From a virus (Duplodnaviria; Caudoviricetes): a DNA stretch of 64,000 bases. The translations under genes and the position numbers were made by a program. This document shows, one piece after another, positions 19,801-29,750 of this stretch. Below the pieces are notes generated by a model. That model was not told the origin of the DNA. It was given only the letters and a program-made list of their open reading frames with translations, and ran no database searches. Numbering within the stretch: position 1 is the stretch's first letter; every line of letters starts with the position of its first letter. The stretch spans positions 11,688-75,687 of the IMG/VR virus record IMGVR_UViG_2866474162_000001; one strand, 5' to 3'.

Positions 19801-20642
19801 CCACCTCCATGTGGAGCGACACCGCGCGGGAGCTCGCCACGCTGTACGGCCCGTGCTGGCTCGCTACCGAGATCGCGGTGATCGGCGCGGCGAGCCCCGA
19901 CAGCCTCTGGACCACAGGTGGCACCATCACCCGAGGTGCAGAACCGTTCGGGCCGGACCCCGACTACGGCAAGCTCCTCCAAGAGTCGCGCTTCAACAGA
20001 TCCAACGCCGATTGGTGGAAGCACCATTTCGATACCTACGCTGACGCGCTGTCTCGGGCGAGCTGGTGCCTCGCTCTGATTGCCGTCGCCTCTGAGCCGG
20101 TCGTGCTGAGCAACCTCGAAAGACTCGATGCGGCAGTGACTGCGATGCCGGCAGAAATGCAACGTGCTCTTAGCCTAAGTTCCAGCCGCCTAGGCGTAGC
20201 GCGCCTCGGCAGGCGCATCCGCCCTGATGTGCTACGGCGTGCTGGCTCCTTCTCCACCCTCACGGCCATGCTCGTCGCGCACCACTCTCTCGAGACCAAT
20301 CGAAAACTGGACGAGCTCCAAGGCCTTACTGACCAGCAGCTCGCCGAAATGGGTCGATTCGGTGTCGCCGGTTGGCCCGGCCTGCGCGGGCTTAGCGCAC
20401 GTATGTTCAAGCTTCCGTCAGCGGAGCTACTTGACGGCCTTCGTGCTCACGGCCACGATGCTGTAGTTGGCTTGGAAGGGCAGCGGGGGCCTCTGCCTCA
20501 ATCGCTGCTTTTGTCGATATTGGAATCACCTGCCGACTACCCGATGGCGTGGGTTCTTGCCGCGGAGCAGCGGGTCGCGTTCAGTTTCCGGGACCGGCCG
20601 CTCGCGCAAGTAGCCGAGGCGTGGTTTCCCAGGCTCGGTTAG
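16884..20642 (+). CDS. NACHT (STAND) NTPase with N-terminal PD-(D/E)xK-like nuclease domain
   Basis: N-terminal FQQLCNALL...DGGRDA...YQVKW; Walker A GEPGQGKST; Walker B VVLDGLDE; IVTTRP; NPMQLTILL; long helical C-terminus. Confidence 0.85.
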   Translation: MSSTMTSGGSARSERYLYERLSEKLFQQLCNALLVLQFPDVSCFPVGQKDGGRDAVRKEGQKPGVIYQVKWSKDAVKNPVTWLAATIKEETKNIERLVAEGATAYVLMTCIAGTSAPGTGRMDKLDAELAEYSKQFGIPMTCWWRADIDARVESAPRELVWSFSEMLAGQDAVRYVIEADKIAAHEQTLRRLLLSLIATQWEEDAKVKFRQVEMDTYNLLDLYVDVEAVRIAKPRNAAPKPAVTTIHIPDDDDPLPRPPVHQYLVDGTLTPEEEQALGGAAQYLLNATQPLILVRGEPGQGKSTLAQYLCQLHRAAFLPEGEYFAGPRPKRAVSAPRLPLRVDLRDYARWCSGEDPFAEDEARSPRRRRPRPQPTLEKFLAHLIAARSNGADVGVDAVIDVISRFPMLVVLDGLDEVAHQDARKRIVREIDEFAARLGAGATAPQLIVTTRPNASGLAEPSADKFETIALVPLSPDLRAAYLRKWADARGLRGMARRALEGTFRHRSIEPHIAQLADNPMQLTILLYLIQKRGDSVPDGRTQLFRAYMETFLDRESEKSRSVHEHRDDLEEVTAYLGWHLQASAETDPAAGRVPTRAVRKAILNYLDDVEKDTTLVDDLFTAVTDRVWALTSKVQGTFEFDIQTMREYFAASYLWGYAGADLRGFDKSTILGELVRRAYWLNTCRFFAGFANPNELSGLVDVLEEEFDGRQRPMQVRLAAWTLLQDGVFARQTRAQKRATRLFADDLSVRLIDDALRDKRAFTYPNRAVRALAEDRGAGHLVSLLLEKTKADPNHNLGPTRISLATQIGADIHEWWLPHMAAAAGSQNELAWLRCGIPFRGAARLKPDEVARLRLNSTEAAEVAISCGLKAPTGSPLEQKLIRAVLDGHCSEASLTAATGVAGDLIKVLAPWRFLSRARKHPDGAHRVSVGHRFVVGISDQSREVAQRRLRDYEPSFDRVLSAMRVGRGQAGTTSMWSDTARELATLYGPCWLATEIAVIGAASPDSLWTTGGTITRGAEPFGPDPDYGKLLQESRFNRSNADWWKHHFDTYADALSRASWCLALIAVASEPVVLSNLERLDAAVTAMPAEMQRALSLSSSRLGVARLGRRIRPDVLRRAGSFSTLTAMLVAHHSLETNRKLDELQGLTDQQLAEMGRFGVAGWPGLRGLSARMFKLPSAELLDGLRAHGHDAVVGLEGQRGPLPQSLLLSILESPADYPMAWVLAAEQRVAFSFRDRPLAQVAEAWFPRLG

Positions 20643-20865
20643 GCAGGACCCATCACGAGCGCCTGGCGCTTGGGGGCACCGGGCGGGGTGACCAGCACAG
20701 GTAGAAGGCCAGCTCACCCGTGCGGCGGATGCGGCGGATGCGCAGCCACGGGTCTCAGCGCGCGGTTTGCAGTACCCGCCGTACCTGCCTCTGCAGTTGG
20801 GCGTGCACGTCGACATCTTTGGTGCTTGTGGGCGACACACAGGTTGCCGAGACTTCGTGCATTCG

Positions 20866-23800
20866 TCAGTCAACGAGGTAGTGGGCTTCGATGTAGGCGA
20901 CGGTGGAGTCATACGGCTCTCCCACCGGCTTCAGCATGTACCGGCGGAAGACGGCGGCGGTGGCGCGGCGGACGCCTCGGTTGCGAGCGTCTGCGTTGTC
21001 CCATGACTGGGCGAGGGTCCGGGTGACGACCTGGTCGATCTCCTCGGCCAGGTTTCTCTCCGTGACAGTGAGGCCGGACGGTGCGTGGTCGTGGATGATC
21101 CGTGACAGGACGCCTACGTGGTCGTCGTCCAGCACGACGACGGCTTCGTCGGGGTGCTTCTCGGCGTTCACGATGGCGCGGGCGATCCGAAGGGCTTCGG
21201 ACAGGAACTCCAGCGCGTCCTGGGCGTTCTGGATGATTCGGTCCCGCAGCAGCCTGATCCGCTCGGCGAGGGCGGTGTACTTCGCGGACCCTGGTTCGAC
21301 GCCCTTTTCGAGGGCGGCCTTGATGTGGTCCAGGATCTCCGCCGCGGACGGGGGCGTCTTGTCCTCGCCGTCGTCCTTGCCGGGCTTGGGGCGGACGAGG
21401 GACATCAGCTCTTTGAGGATGGCGATGCCCTGGGCGTCCAGGACGAGGGCTTCCTCCTGGGAGGCGACCACCGAGAAGGAGTGGACGTGGGCGTTGATGA
21501 TCTCCAGGACCATCGGCCCCAGCTCGCCCAGCCGTTCCTTCCTCTCCTCGTCGGAGGACTTCTTGAACAGGGTCGTGTACACGGACCCGAACAGCCCGAA
21601 GCCGTCCCGGTACTTGGCGACCCGCTTGTCGCTGTTGATGAGCGGGTACAGACGGGCCAGGAGCCGGTAGTCCTTGCTGAACACCTCGGCGGCGCCGGGG
21701 TTGGCGTCCAGGAAGACGTTGATGGCTCGCACGGACTCGTAGCCGTGGACCGTGAGGTCCAGGCCGTCGACGTCCGCGAGGAGGTCTTCGATGCGGGCGA
21801 AGGTGGTGCGGAACTCGGCGACCAGCTCGGTCAGGTCGGTGACGAACCCGCCGCCCTTCGTGCCTGCCCCTTCAGAGGTCGGGTCGACGACGGCCCGCTG
21901 GACCTCTTCGGCCAGGCCGATGTAGTCCACGACCACACCGGAGGTCTTCACGAATCCGGTCGGGGACACCCAGGTGCGGTTTGGGCGGGTGATCGTTTGG
22001 AACAAGGTGTGGGCCTTCAGCGGCTTGTCCAGGTAGAGGACGCCCTCGTTGGGGGCGTCGAACCCGGTCATCAGCTTCGCGGTCACCACCAGGAAGCACA
22101 GCGGGTCGTCCGCGGTGAGGAACCGCCGCTTCTGTTCCTCCTCTTCGGCCTCCGAGAGGCGGAACGGCCGCATGGCGGGGTCTTCGTCCTTGGAGTCCGA
22201 GACGGAGATGTTCACCTCGGCGGTGATGCGGTCGTGCTTCCCAACCTCGGCGAGCACCTGTGAGGCCTCGAAGCCGGCCAGCAGCTCGTTGATCTTGTCC
22301 GTGTACGCCACGGCCAGCTCGCGGTTGTAGGCGACGACCTGGGCCTTGAGGCCGTTGCGGTAGGCGCCGGCCAGGTAGTGGTCCACGATGTCCTGGCAAA
22401 CCGTGTGGATACGGTCGGGGTTGGCGAACACCGACGTGAGGCGTCCGAACTTGCGGGACAGGGCCTCACGGTCGGGGTCGTCGAGGTCGAAGTCGTCGGC
22501 GAACTGGTCGAACTCGGCCTGCAACTCCTGGTCGTTCATTTCGAAGGAGACCGGGTGCGGGTCCAGCATGACTGGGACGGTCGCCTCGTCCCGCAGAGAC
22601 CGGGACACCGAGTACCGGTGCAGCACCCTGCCCGGGTCGGTCTCCTCGCCGAAGAGGGCGAAGGTGTCGGTGGCGAGGTTCCTGAGGGGGGTGCCGGTCA
22701 TGCCGAAGAACTTCGCGTGCGGCAATGCTGCGCGCATTTGCCCGGCCAGGGACTTCTCTTTGTCGGACTGGGTGCGGTGTGCCTCGTCGACCAGCACGAT
22801 GATGTTGTCCCGGGTCGACAGGTTCTTGCCGGCGTCGGCGAACTTGTGGACGGTCGTGGAGATGACGCCGCGCACGTCGTCGGCCAGCAGGGAACGCAAC
22901 TCCTGGCTGGTGGCGGGCTGATGGAAGTAGGCGCGTCCCATCGCCGAGGTGAACACCCCGGAGGTCTGCCGGACGAGTTGGGTCCGGTCCGAGAGCAGGA
23001 TGATCGTGGGCGACTCGGTGCGGGTGTCGGCCAGCAGCAGCGAGGCGGCGAACACCATCAGCAGTGTCTTCCCGCTGCCTTGGTGGTGCCAGATCAGGCC
23101 CTTTTGGCCGCCGGCCAGCACTCGCTCGTGGATCAGGTGGGCGGCTTCCATCTGGGGGTAGCGGGGCAGGTACTTCTTGTCCACCCCGCCTCCGGCGGTA
23201 TCGAAGAGGGCGAAGTTCGCCAGCATGTCCAGGACGGTCGCCGGGTTGAGCAGCAGCTCCACGGAGCGCTGAACGTCAGCCTGCCCGGACAGGTTCTCGT
23301 CGTCGGCGGTGGACCGAAACGGCTGCCACAGGTTCAGGGGCGCGCCAACGGCACCGAATCGCAGCTTCAGCCCGTCGGAGGCGACCGCGAAGACGTTGGG
23401 GGTGAAGAACCACGGGTACTCGGCGGCGTACACGTCGTTGATCTCGCGGGCGGCGTTAGCCCACCCGGACTTCGCGGTCGGTGACTTCACCTCGACCACG
23501 ACCAGGGGCAGCCCGTTGACCCAGTACACGAGGTCGAACCGGCGGGAGGTCTTGCCGGGGACGGTGATGGTCACCTCGTCCGAGACGACAAGCGTGTTGG
23601 CGGTCGGGTGCTCGAAGTCGATGATCTTCAGGGTGTGCCACGCGCCGTCGGCGTCCCGGAACTCCTTATGCCCGCGCAGCAGGCGTAGCACCTGCTCGTT
23701 GGCCCGCACCAGCCCGCCTTCAACAGCGTTGACCGTTGCGATGATCTCCTCGACCACCGCGTCCACGTCGAACTTGTCGATCACCCCAGGGTTGAGTCGG

Positions 23801-23946
23801 ACGATGGCGTCCCGCAGCTGGCCGGCGACTACCGTCTGCGTCGTCTCACGCGGCAGCGACCTGCCCGCTGTGAAACGCCAGCCCATCGGGAGGGACCACT
23901 GGATCATCAGGTTCTGGAACTCGCGCTCTCGAATGCCCTTCGCCAT
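20866..23946 (-). CDS. hsdR: Type I restriction enzyme R subunit
   Basis: DLVYWVNGLPLVVVEVK nuclease motif; HHQGSGKT, DEAHR, MTGTP, LMTGFDAP, QTITRPNR. Confidence 0.93.
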   Translation of the reverse strand: MAKGIREREFQNLMIQWSLPMGWRFTAGRSLPRETTQTVVAGQLRDAIVRLNPGVIDKFDVDAVVEEIIATVNAVEGGLVRANEQVLRLLRGHKEFRDADGAWHTLKIIDFEHPTANTLVVSDEVTITVPGKTSRRFDLVYWVNGLPLVVVEVKSPTAKSGWANAAREINDVYAAEYPWFFTPNVFAVASDGLKLRFGAVGAPLNLWQPFRSTADDENLSGQADVQRSVELLLNPATVLDMLANFALFDTAGGGVDKKYLPRYPQMEAAHLIHERVLAGGQKGLIWHHQGSGKTLLMVFAASLLLADTRTESPTIILLSDRTQLVRQTSGVFTSAMGRAYFHQPATSQELRSLLADDVRGVISTTVHKFADAGKNLSTRDNIIVLVDEAHRTQSDKEKSLAGQMRAALPHAKFFGMTGTPLRNLATDTFALFGEETDPGRVLHRYSVSRSLRDEATVPVMLDPHPVSFEMNDQELQAEFDQFADDFDLDDPDREALSRKFGRLTSVFANPDRIHTVCQDIVDHYLAGAYRNGLKAQVVAYNRELAVAYTDKINELLAGFEASQVLAEVGKHDRITAEVNISVSDSKDEDPAMRPFRLSEAEEEEQKRRFLTADDPLCFLVVTAKLMTGFDAPNEGVLYLDKPLKAHTLFQTITRPNRTWVSPTGFVKTSGVVVDYIGLAEEVQRAVVDPTSEGAGTKGGGFVTDLTELVAEFRTTFARIEDLLADVDGLDLTVHGYESVRAINVFLDANPGAAEVFSKDYRLLARLYPLINSDKRVAKYRDGFGLFGSVYTTLFKKSSDEERKERLGELGPMVLEIINAHVHSFSVVASQEEALVLDAQGIAILKELMSLVRPKPGKDDGEDKTPPSAAEILDHIKAALEKGVEPGSAKYTALAERIRLLRDRIIQNAQDALEFLSEALRIARAIVNAEKHPDEAVVVLDDDHVGVLSRIIHDHAPSGLTVTERNLAEEIDQVVTRTLAQSWDNADARNRGVRRATAAVFRRYMLKPVGEPYDSTVAYIEAHYLVD

Positions 23947-23949
23947 GGC

Positions 23950-25083
23950 TCAGACCTTCCGCTCGGCGGACTCGATGTCGATGGTGCGGTCCAGCAAACC
24001 CGAGAGCAGTGCCACGCGTGCCTGACGGAGACGTGCCGCCTCAGCACGGAGGGCGGCCACCTGCACGTCCATCGCGTCAGCCATTCCTGAGATGCGCTCC
24101 TGCTCATCGCGAGGCGGCACGGGCATAACGATCTTATTGAGGTTCGCGGCGGAGATGCGAACCACCTTGGTCTCGCTCGTGAACCGGCGCTTCTGGTGCT
24201 GAAACAGGGGTGAAGCGAAGAAGTACGAGACGAACTTTGGGTCAAGATCATGGTGGAAGATGAAACAGTCATCGTGAACCGCCACATCGTCATCACCCAA
24301 CCAAGCAACAGCCTTGCCGACGTCCTCGACGTTCTCGCTCGTCCCAGCGATTACCACATCGCCGGGTTGTGCCAGGCGCATCGAGTCGCGGAAGCTCTCG
24401 GGCAGGTACGTCACCGTGTGTGTAGCCGACGCTCCGTAGTCCGTGTAGATCTGGCCGTAGTGGATGCATCCCAGGCCGGACTGCACATAGTCGCTCTTCA
24501 CGAACCGGCGGCCGCGGGTGAGGGTTCCAGCGTTCGACAACGGAGCAGACGACCATCCTTCACCGCCCCGGGTGAGTACGTGTCCCAGAGCAGCGTTACG
24601 GACTCGAAGGAGGCTGTCTGCCTCAGCCTCGAGCGCGGTGATCTGGTCATCGACGGCACCGATGATCTCGACGATCCGCTCCTGCAACGGCACCGGCGGC
24701 AAGGCGACACGAATCTCGTAAGCCCGGCTGCGGGTCAGACCAGGAACTCCGGTCTGGGTGGCGAGCTCCGTCAGCTTCGCATTGACGAGTAGGTGGTAGG
24801 CGAACTCCATTCCTATCTGGGCGGAGTCCTTGATCAGCACATAGAAGGCGGTGTCGATGGGGGAAAAATCGCCCTCGCTGAAGGTGACGGTCCCTGAGGA
24901 ACCGGTCCCCTTCCGTCCAACGATAACGCCGGGTCCCTTCACCATTGCCCGAGAGTGATAACCGACGATGCCGTTGCTCCCGTAAACGGGGAATCCTTGA
25001 CCGTCCCGAGCGTTCTCAGGTAGCGGCTTGCCGTACTCAAGGGTCAGCAACTCACCGACGGTCGTCTGCCGCCACTCACTCAT
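23950..25083 (-). CDS. hsdS: Type I RM specificity subunit
   Basis: Two TRDs each followed by a conserved PP(V/R)xxQxRI helix; lies between hsdM and hsdR. Confidence 0.9.
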   Translation of the reverse strand: MSEWRQTTVGELLTLEYGKPLPENARDGQGFPVYGSNGIVGYHSRAMVKGPGVIVGRKGTGSSGTVTFSEGDFSPIDTAFYVLIKDSAQIGMEFAYHLLVNAKLTELATQTGVPGLTRSRAYEIRVALPPVPLQERIVEIIGAVDDQITALEAEADSLLRVRNAALGHVLTRGGEGWSSAPLSNAGTLTRGRRFVKSDYVQSGLGCIHYGQIYTDYGASATHTVTYLPESFRDSMRLAQPGDVVIAGTSENVEDVGKAVAWLGDDDVAVHDDCFIFHHDLDPKFVSYFFASPLFQHQKRRFTSETKVVRISAANLNKIVMPVPPRDEQERISGMADAMDVQVAALRAEAARLRQARVALLSGLLDRTIDIESAERKV

Positions 25084-26649
25084 CGAAGCCGTCGATTCCG
25101 GCGGCCGCCAGGGCGTCGAGCATCCGCTTTTCGGTCTTCTGGCGCTCGGCGCGGGCGAGGTTGTAGGTGTTGATCAGAGTGTCCAGATTCTCCTGCTTTG
25201 CGGCGCTCTGCTTAATGTACCGGCCGATGTTGAGGTCGTACCCGGCCTGAACGATCTCCGTGATGGGGACGAACCGTGCAGCCAGCCCGCCATCGCCATC
25301 CGGGTCCGCCGGGTGCCCGTCTGTGTCGAAGCTCGTGTGGTAGGCGGTCACGACGTCGGCGATGTCTGCGTCGGTGAGGATGTTGCGGTTCTTGGCCTTG
25401 GTGAACCGCTTGGAGGCGTCGATGAACAGCACCCCGTTCTTGCGCTCGTCGGTCTTGGTGCCGGGAGCGCGGAACACGAGGATGCAGGTCGGGATCGTTG
25501 TGCTGTAGAAGAGGTTCGCAGGCAGCCCGATCACGGCTTCCAGGAGGTCGTCGTCCAGGACGCGCTTACGGATCGAACCTTCCTGGCCGCTGCGGAAGAG
25601 GACTCCGTGAGGCAGGACAACGCCAGCGCGCCCCTTCTTCGGGTCCATGCTGGCGATCATGTGCTGCACGAACGCCCAGTCTGCCGCCGACTGCGGCGCG
25701 ATACCGCCGATGGCGCGCGGGTCCTTTGTCCAGGGCTTCCACTTCAGGCTGTAGGGCGGATTAGCGACGATCACATCGAACTGCGCGATAGACCCGTCCG
25801 GCTTCTTGAAGCGTGGTCCTTCAGGGTGTCGCCGACCTCGACCTGGAACTGGGTGAGGTTGTGCATGAAGAGGTTCATGCGTGCCACACCCGCGGTGTCC
25901 GGTACGGCCTCCTGCCCGTACAGGCGGAGCGTGTAGCCACGCCCGCCGTGAGTCTTCAGGAGGTTCGCGGAGGCGATGAGCATGCCGCCCGACCCGCAGG
26001 TCGGGTCGTACACCGACTCGAAGCCCTTCGGGTCTAGGACCTCGACGATCAGCTCGACGACCTCGCGCGGGGTGAAAAACTGGCCGGCGCGGGTGCCGGA
26101 CCCATCGGAGAACCGCTTCAGCAGGTACTCGTACGCCCCACCGAGCACGTCGTGGGACACGTTGCCCTCGTGCATTTTCGGGGTGCGGTCCATCGCCTGC
26201 ATGACCGCCGCCAAAACCTCCCCCGACAGCACCTCTTCAGAGGTCCAGGTCATGGACCCGAACAGGCGGGAGAACTTGTCAGGGTTCGCCGTCTCGATTG
26301 CTTGCAGGGAGGCGCGGACCCGCTGGCCGAGGCCGGGCTGGGTGATGGTGGCGAGGATGGACGACCAGGAGGCGCGACGCTGCTGGACGGTGCCGGGGTG
26401 GATGAACGGGATCTCGAACGATTGGTAGTCGCGGTACTCGATCTCGTGGGCTTCCTCGGCGGAGAGGCCGTCCAGGCCCTCGTTGTCGGCCAGGAACTCC
26501 TGGTGGTGGTGCTCCCAGGTGTCCGACAGGTACTTCCAGAACATCAGCGGGAAGACGACCGAGGAGTATTGCGCTTCGGGCATCGCCACGCGCAGCTCGT
26601 CGGCGGCGTCCCACAACCGGTTCTCGATCTCCTGCTGCGTCACTGCCAT
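25076..26649 (-). pseudogene. hsdM: Type I RM methyltransferase split by a 1-nt frameshift at about 25815
   Basis: 5' ORF 25771-26649 has GQFFTP and YDPTCGSGG; 3' ORF 25076-25774 has ANPPY and GVLFR; adding one G to GG 25815-25816 gives a continuous GDTLKDPRFKKPDGSIAQFDVIVANPPY. Confidence 0.88.
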
Positions 26650-27061
26650 CAGTCGGGGTGTCCTTGTTCGTCAAAGGGTGGCGACCCGAAGGCCGCAGCA
26701 TTCCTGCTGGCCAGCCTATTTCGGTCGGGTCCAGCACTTACACGCCGGGCGTGTCCTGCCGGGTGAGGACGCGGGGCGCTTCGCGGCGGCGTGCTTGTAG
26801 CCATCCGTGGGGACCATCTTGTCGGTATTGGCCCTGCCCCGACCCACCATCAGGTTCCTCCCCGCGTCGGGCCCTGCGGCTGCCGCTCTCGTCGCCATCG
26901 GCCGTACGGGAGCGTCGGCCGATGGGGACGTTACAGCCGCGCCGATGAGATTGCCGCCCCGCGGTCGTCGTTTACGTTGAGCTACTTCGATTTGCGTAAG
27001 TTGCGGCAGCGGGCGACGCGACTGGTATGCGGCCGCATTGCCATTGCTTATGCTCGTATGC

Positions 27062-27376
27062 GTGACGGGGCTGATCGAGATCGTGGTGATGCTGCTCTTC
27101 GTCGCGCGGGTGACCCGGCTGATCGTCGCCGACGAGATCACCCGCCGACCCCGGGAAGCCATCGTCCGCCGGCTGCCTGACGGCAGCCCGCTGGCGTACC
27201 TGCTGTTCTGCCGCTGGTGCCTATCGGTGTGGATCGCCACGCCGGCCGCCGCGGCTTGGTGGCTGCTGTCCGACGTCCCCCGCTGGTCCCGCCTGTGGTG
27301 GGCGGACGTGCCGACCGTCGCGCTGGCCCTGTCCTACGCGACGGGCCTATTGGTGCGCGCCGAGCCGGAGGAGTAG
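27062..27376 (+). CDS. DUF1360-like membrane protein, first gene of head operon
   Basis: ARVTRLIVADEI...LLFCRWCLSVW; TATGCT -10 at 27049, 7 nt before GTG 27062 (leaderless start inferred). Confidence 0.7.
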   Translation: MTGLIEIVVMLLFVARVTRLIVADEITRRPREAIVRRLPDGSPLAYLLFCRWCLSVWIATPAAAAWWLLSDVPRWSRLWWADVPTVALALSYATGLLVRAEPEE

Positions 27377-27379
27377 CGG

Positions 27380-29260
27380 ATGGCGTGGTGGGGCACGAAG
27401 CCCAACGTCGACAGCGCGGTCGGCCAGGCGACCGCTGTCGTGGCGTCGGCGGCGAAGATGCGCTACGACTCCAGCGGCAGCCTGCGCAAGGTCAGCAAGC
27501 AGCAGTGGCAGGACGAGGCGTGGCGGCACTACGAGGAGTGCGGCGAGTTCGCGTTCCTGGTCGACCTGATCGCCAAGGCGATGGGCCGCGCCCGGCTGTA
27601 CATCACGCAGGTCGACGACGAGGGCCGTCCGATGGAGACGCCCGACCAGGCGCCGGCCGGCGTCAACGAGACGTTCCTCGGCGGCCCCAGCACCCAGGCC
27701 GAGCTGCTGCGCGATGCCGGCATTCAGCTCGGCGTGCCCGGCGAGTGCTATCTGATCGGCGAGCCGGAACGCGACGCCGAAGGCAAGGCCACCGACCGGG
27801 AACGGTGGTTCATCGCGTCGGTGGAGGAGCTGACCGAGCGGGCCGGGAAGTACGTCCTCGACCAGGGCGACGGGGCGCGCGAGCTGGAGTCCGACGAGAC
27901 GGTCATCGTGCGGATCTGGGTGCCGAGCCCCCGCAAGCACGCGCTGCCGTCCAGCCAGGTGCAGTCCAACCGGCGGGTGCTGCGGCTGATCGAGCGGCTG
28001 ACGCAATACGTCCAGTCGCAGATCGACTCACGGCTGGCCGGGGCGGGCATTCTGCTGCTGCCCAACGAGCTGAGCTTCGTCGCGCCCGAGCAGGAGGAGG
28101 ACGCCGAGGACGGGGTGTCGTCGTTCCTGTCGACGCTTACCGAGGCAATGACCACCGCGGTGAAGGACCGCGACAGCGTGGCCGCCCTCGTCCCGATCGT
28201 GGTGCAGGGCCCCGCCGAGCACCTGGAGAAGGCCCGGCTGCTCAGCTTCGCCACGGAGCTGAGCAGCGCAGTGCCGGCGATGCTGGACGGGGCGATCCGG
28301 CGGCTCGCGCTGGGCCTGGACGCCCCGCCGGAGATGCTGCTCGGCATGACCCAGGCCAACCACTGGGGTGCCTGGATGACCGACGAGGCGACGATCAAGT
28401 ACCACGTCGAGTCGAAGCTGGAGCTGTTCTGCGCGGCGCTAACCGAGCAGATGCTGTGGCCGGCGCTGGAAGGCGCGCAGGGCGTGGCCGACCCGCGCCG
28501 GTGGATCGTCTGGTACGACACCAGCGAGCTGACGCAGACGCCGGACAAGGGCGCCGACGCGAAGGACCTGTACGGGCTGGGCGAGCTGTCCGGGGACGCG
28601 CTGCGCCGGGAGACCGGGTTCGGCGATGGCGACAAGCCGACTGACGAGGAGCGGGAGCTGCGGCGGCTGCTTGAGATCATCCGCACGGTGCCGGCGGCCG
28701 GGCCGCTGTTGGTGACCCGGCTGCTGGAGGTCGCCGGGGTGAGCGTGCAGCTCGACCCGGAGGCGTTGAAGCCGCAGCCGGCCCCCGCCGAGCTGGCCGG
28801 CGGAGGCGAGCCGCCCGCCGACGAGGAGCCGGCGACGGAGCCGCCGCCGCCCGGCGACACCGAGGACCGCGGCCCGCCCGAGCAGAATGCGATCGCCGCC
28901 GCGGCGGCCGGGCCGATGAGTGCGCCGTTCGTCGCCGCGTGCGAGGTGCTGGCGCTGCGGGCGCTGGAGATCGCCGGCAAGCGCGCGCTGGGCCGGGAGA
29001 GGTACCGGCACCAGGGGTTGAAGGCGTGGGAGTACCACACGGTGCGCCCGGCCACGCCGGCGTCGGTGCCCCGGCTCCTCGAGGGAGCGTGGACGGCGGT
29101 GCCGGCCGTCGCGGCGAAGCTCGACGTCGACGACGAGAAGCTGACGGCGGCGCTGACCGCGTACGTCGGCGGGCTGCTCGTCACTGGCGCGCGGCACGAC
29201 GTCGATGAGCTGCGCGAGCACCTGGCCGCCACCGTCGCCGGGGAGCTGGTGCCGGCATGA
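27380..29260 (+). CDS. Phage portal protein
   Basis: 626 aa; WQDEAWRHY, GECYLIGE, GAGILLLPNE, LALGLDAPPEMLLG, NHWGAW; first large gene of the head module. Confidence 0.8.
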   Translation: MAWWGTKPNVDSAVGQATAVVASAAKMRYDSSGSLRKVSKQQWQDEAWRHYEECGEFAFLVDLIAKAMGRARLYITQVDDEGRPMETPDQAPAGVNETFLGGPSTQAELLRDAGIQLGVPGECYLIGEPERDAEGKATDRERWFIASVEELTERAGKYVLDQGDGARELESDETVIVRIWVPSPRKHALPSSQVQSNRRVLRLIERLTQYVQSQIDSRLAGAGILLLPNELSFVAPEQEEDAEDGVSSFLSTLTEAMTTAVKDRDSVAALVPIVVQGPAEHLEKARLLSFATELSSAVPAMLDGAIRRLALGLDAPPEMLLGMTQANHWGAWMTDEATIKYHVESKLELFCAALTEQMLWPALEGAQGVADPRRWIVWYDTSELTQTPDKGADAKDLYGLGELSGDALRRETGFGDGDKPTDEERELRRLLEIIRTVPAAGPLLVTRLLEVAGVSVQLDPEALKPQPAPAELAGGGEPPADEEPATEPPPPGDTEDRGPPEQNAIAAAAAGPMSAPFVAACEVLALRALEIAGKRALGRERYRHQGLKAWEYHTVRPATPASVPRLLEGAWTAVPAVAAKLDVDDEKLTAALTAYVGGLLVTGARHDVDELREHLAATVAGELVPA

Positions 29261-29487
29261 GCGTGACGATCCTCGCGCCGGGCCTGGTGGCCGCCCACGG
29301 GTACGCCTGCCGGCGATCCGGGCGCGGGAAGGGCTGCGAGCGGCTGCGGTGGACGATCTGCCGCACCTGCGGATGGTGGGGCGACCTGTGGGAGGGCGAC
29401 CAGCCGCCGCTGACCGACGCCGGCCACGTATGTGACCCGGACGCGGTGGCGCGGCGCAACGAGGCGAGGAGGAGAACCGATGGCTGA
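29257..29487 (+). CDS. Small Cys-rich phage protein
   Basis: ATGA overlap; CxxC/HxC motifs. Confidence 0.55.
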   Translation: MSVTILAPGLVAAHGYACRRSGRGKGCERLRWTICRTCGWWGDLWEGDQPPLTDAGHVCDPDAVARRNEARRRTDG

Positions 29488-29707
29488 CCCGGAGAGCGTG
29501 ACCCTGACCCAGCTGCGCGAGTGTTTCGCGTCGGTGGGCATCGACCTCGGCGGCGACTTCGTGAAGCTGGAGCTGCACGACGACGTGCTGATCGTCCAGC
29601 GGCTCATCCGCAGCCCGGCCGGCCTGCCGGTGTCCCGCCCCGACGGCGGTGTGCAGGTCCAGGGCGTGCAGGTCGCGGTGGTCCCCGAGCCACCGGCGGG
29701 AGGCTGA
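29480..29707 (+). CDS. Small phage hypothetical protein
   Basis: AGGAG RBS; overlaps the upstream stop. Confidence 0.6.
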   Translation: MADPESVTLTQLRECFASVGIDLGGDFVKLELHDDVLIVQRLIRSPAGLPVSRPDGGVQVQGVQVAVVPEPPAGG

Positions 29708-29750
29708 GCCGGACCCGTGGCTGCCGCTGCGCCTCGACCAGGAGGCGCGG

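Noticed and set aside
26930-27010. AT-richer tract as an att or dif site
   Set aside because: No matching second copy seen in the window and no match to the actinobacterial dif pattern.
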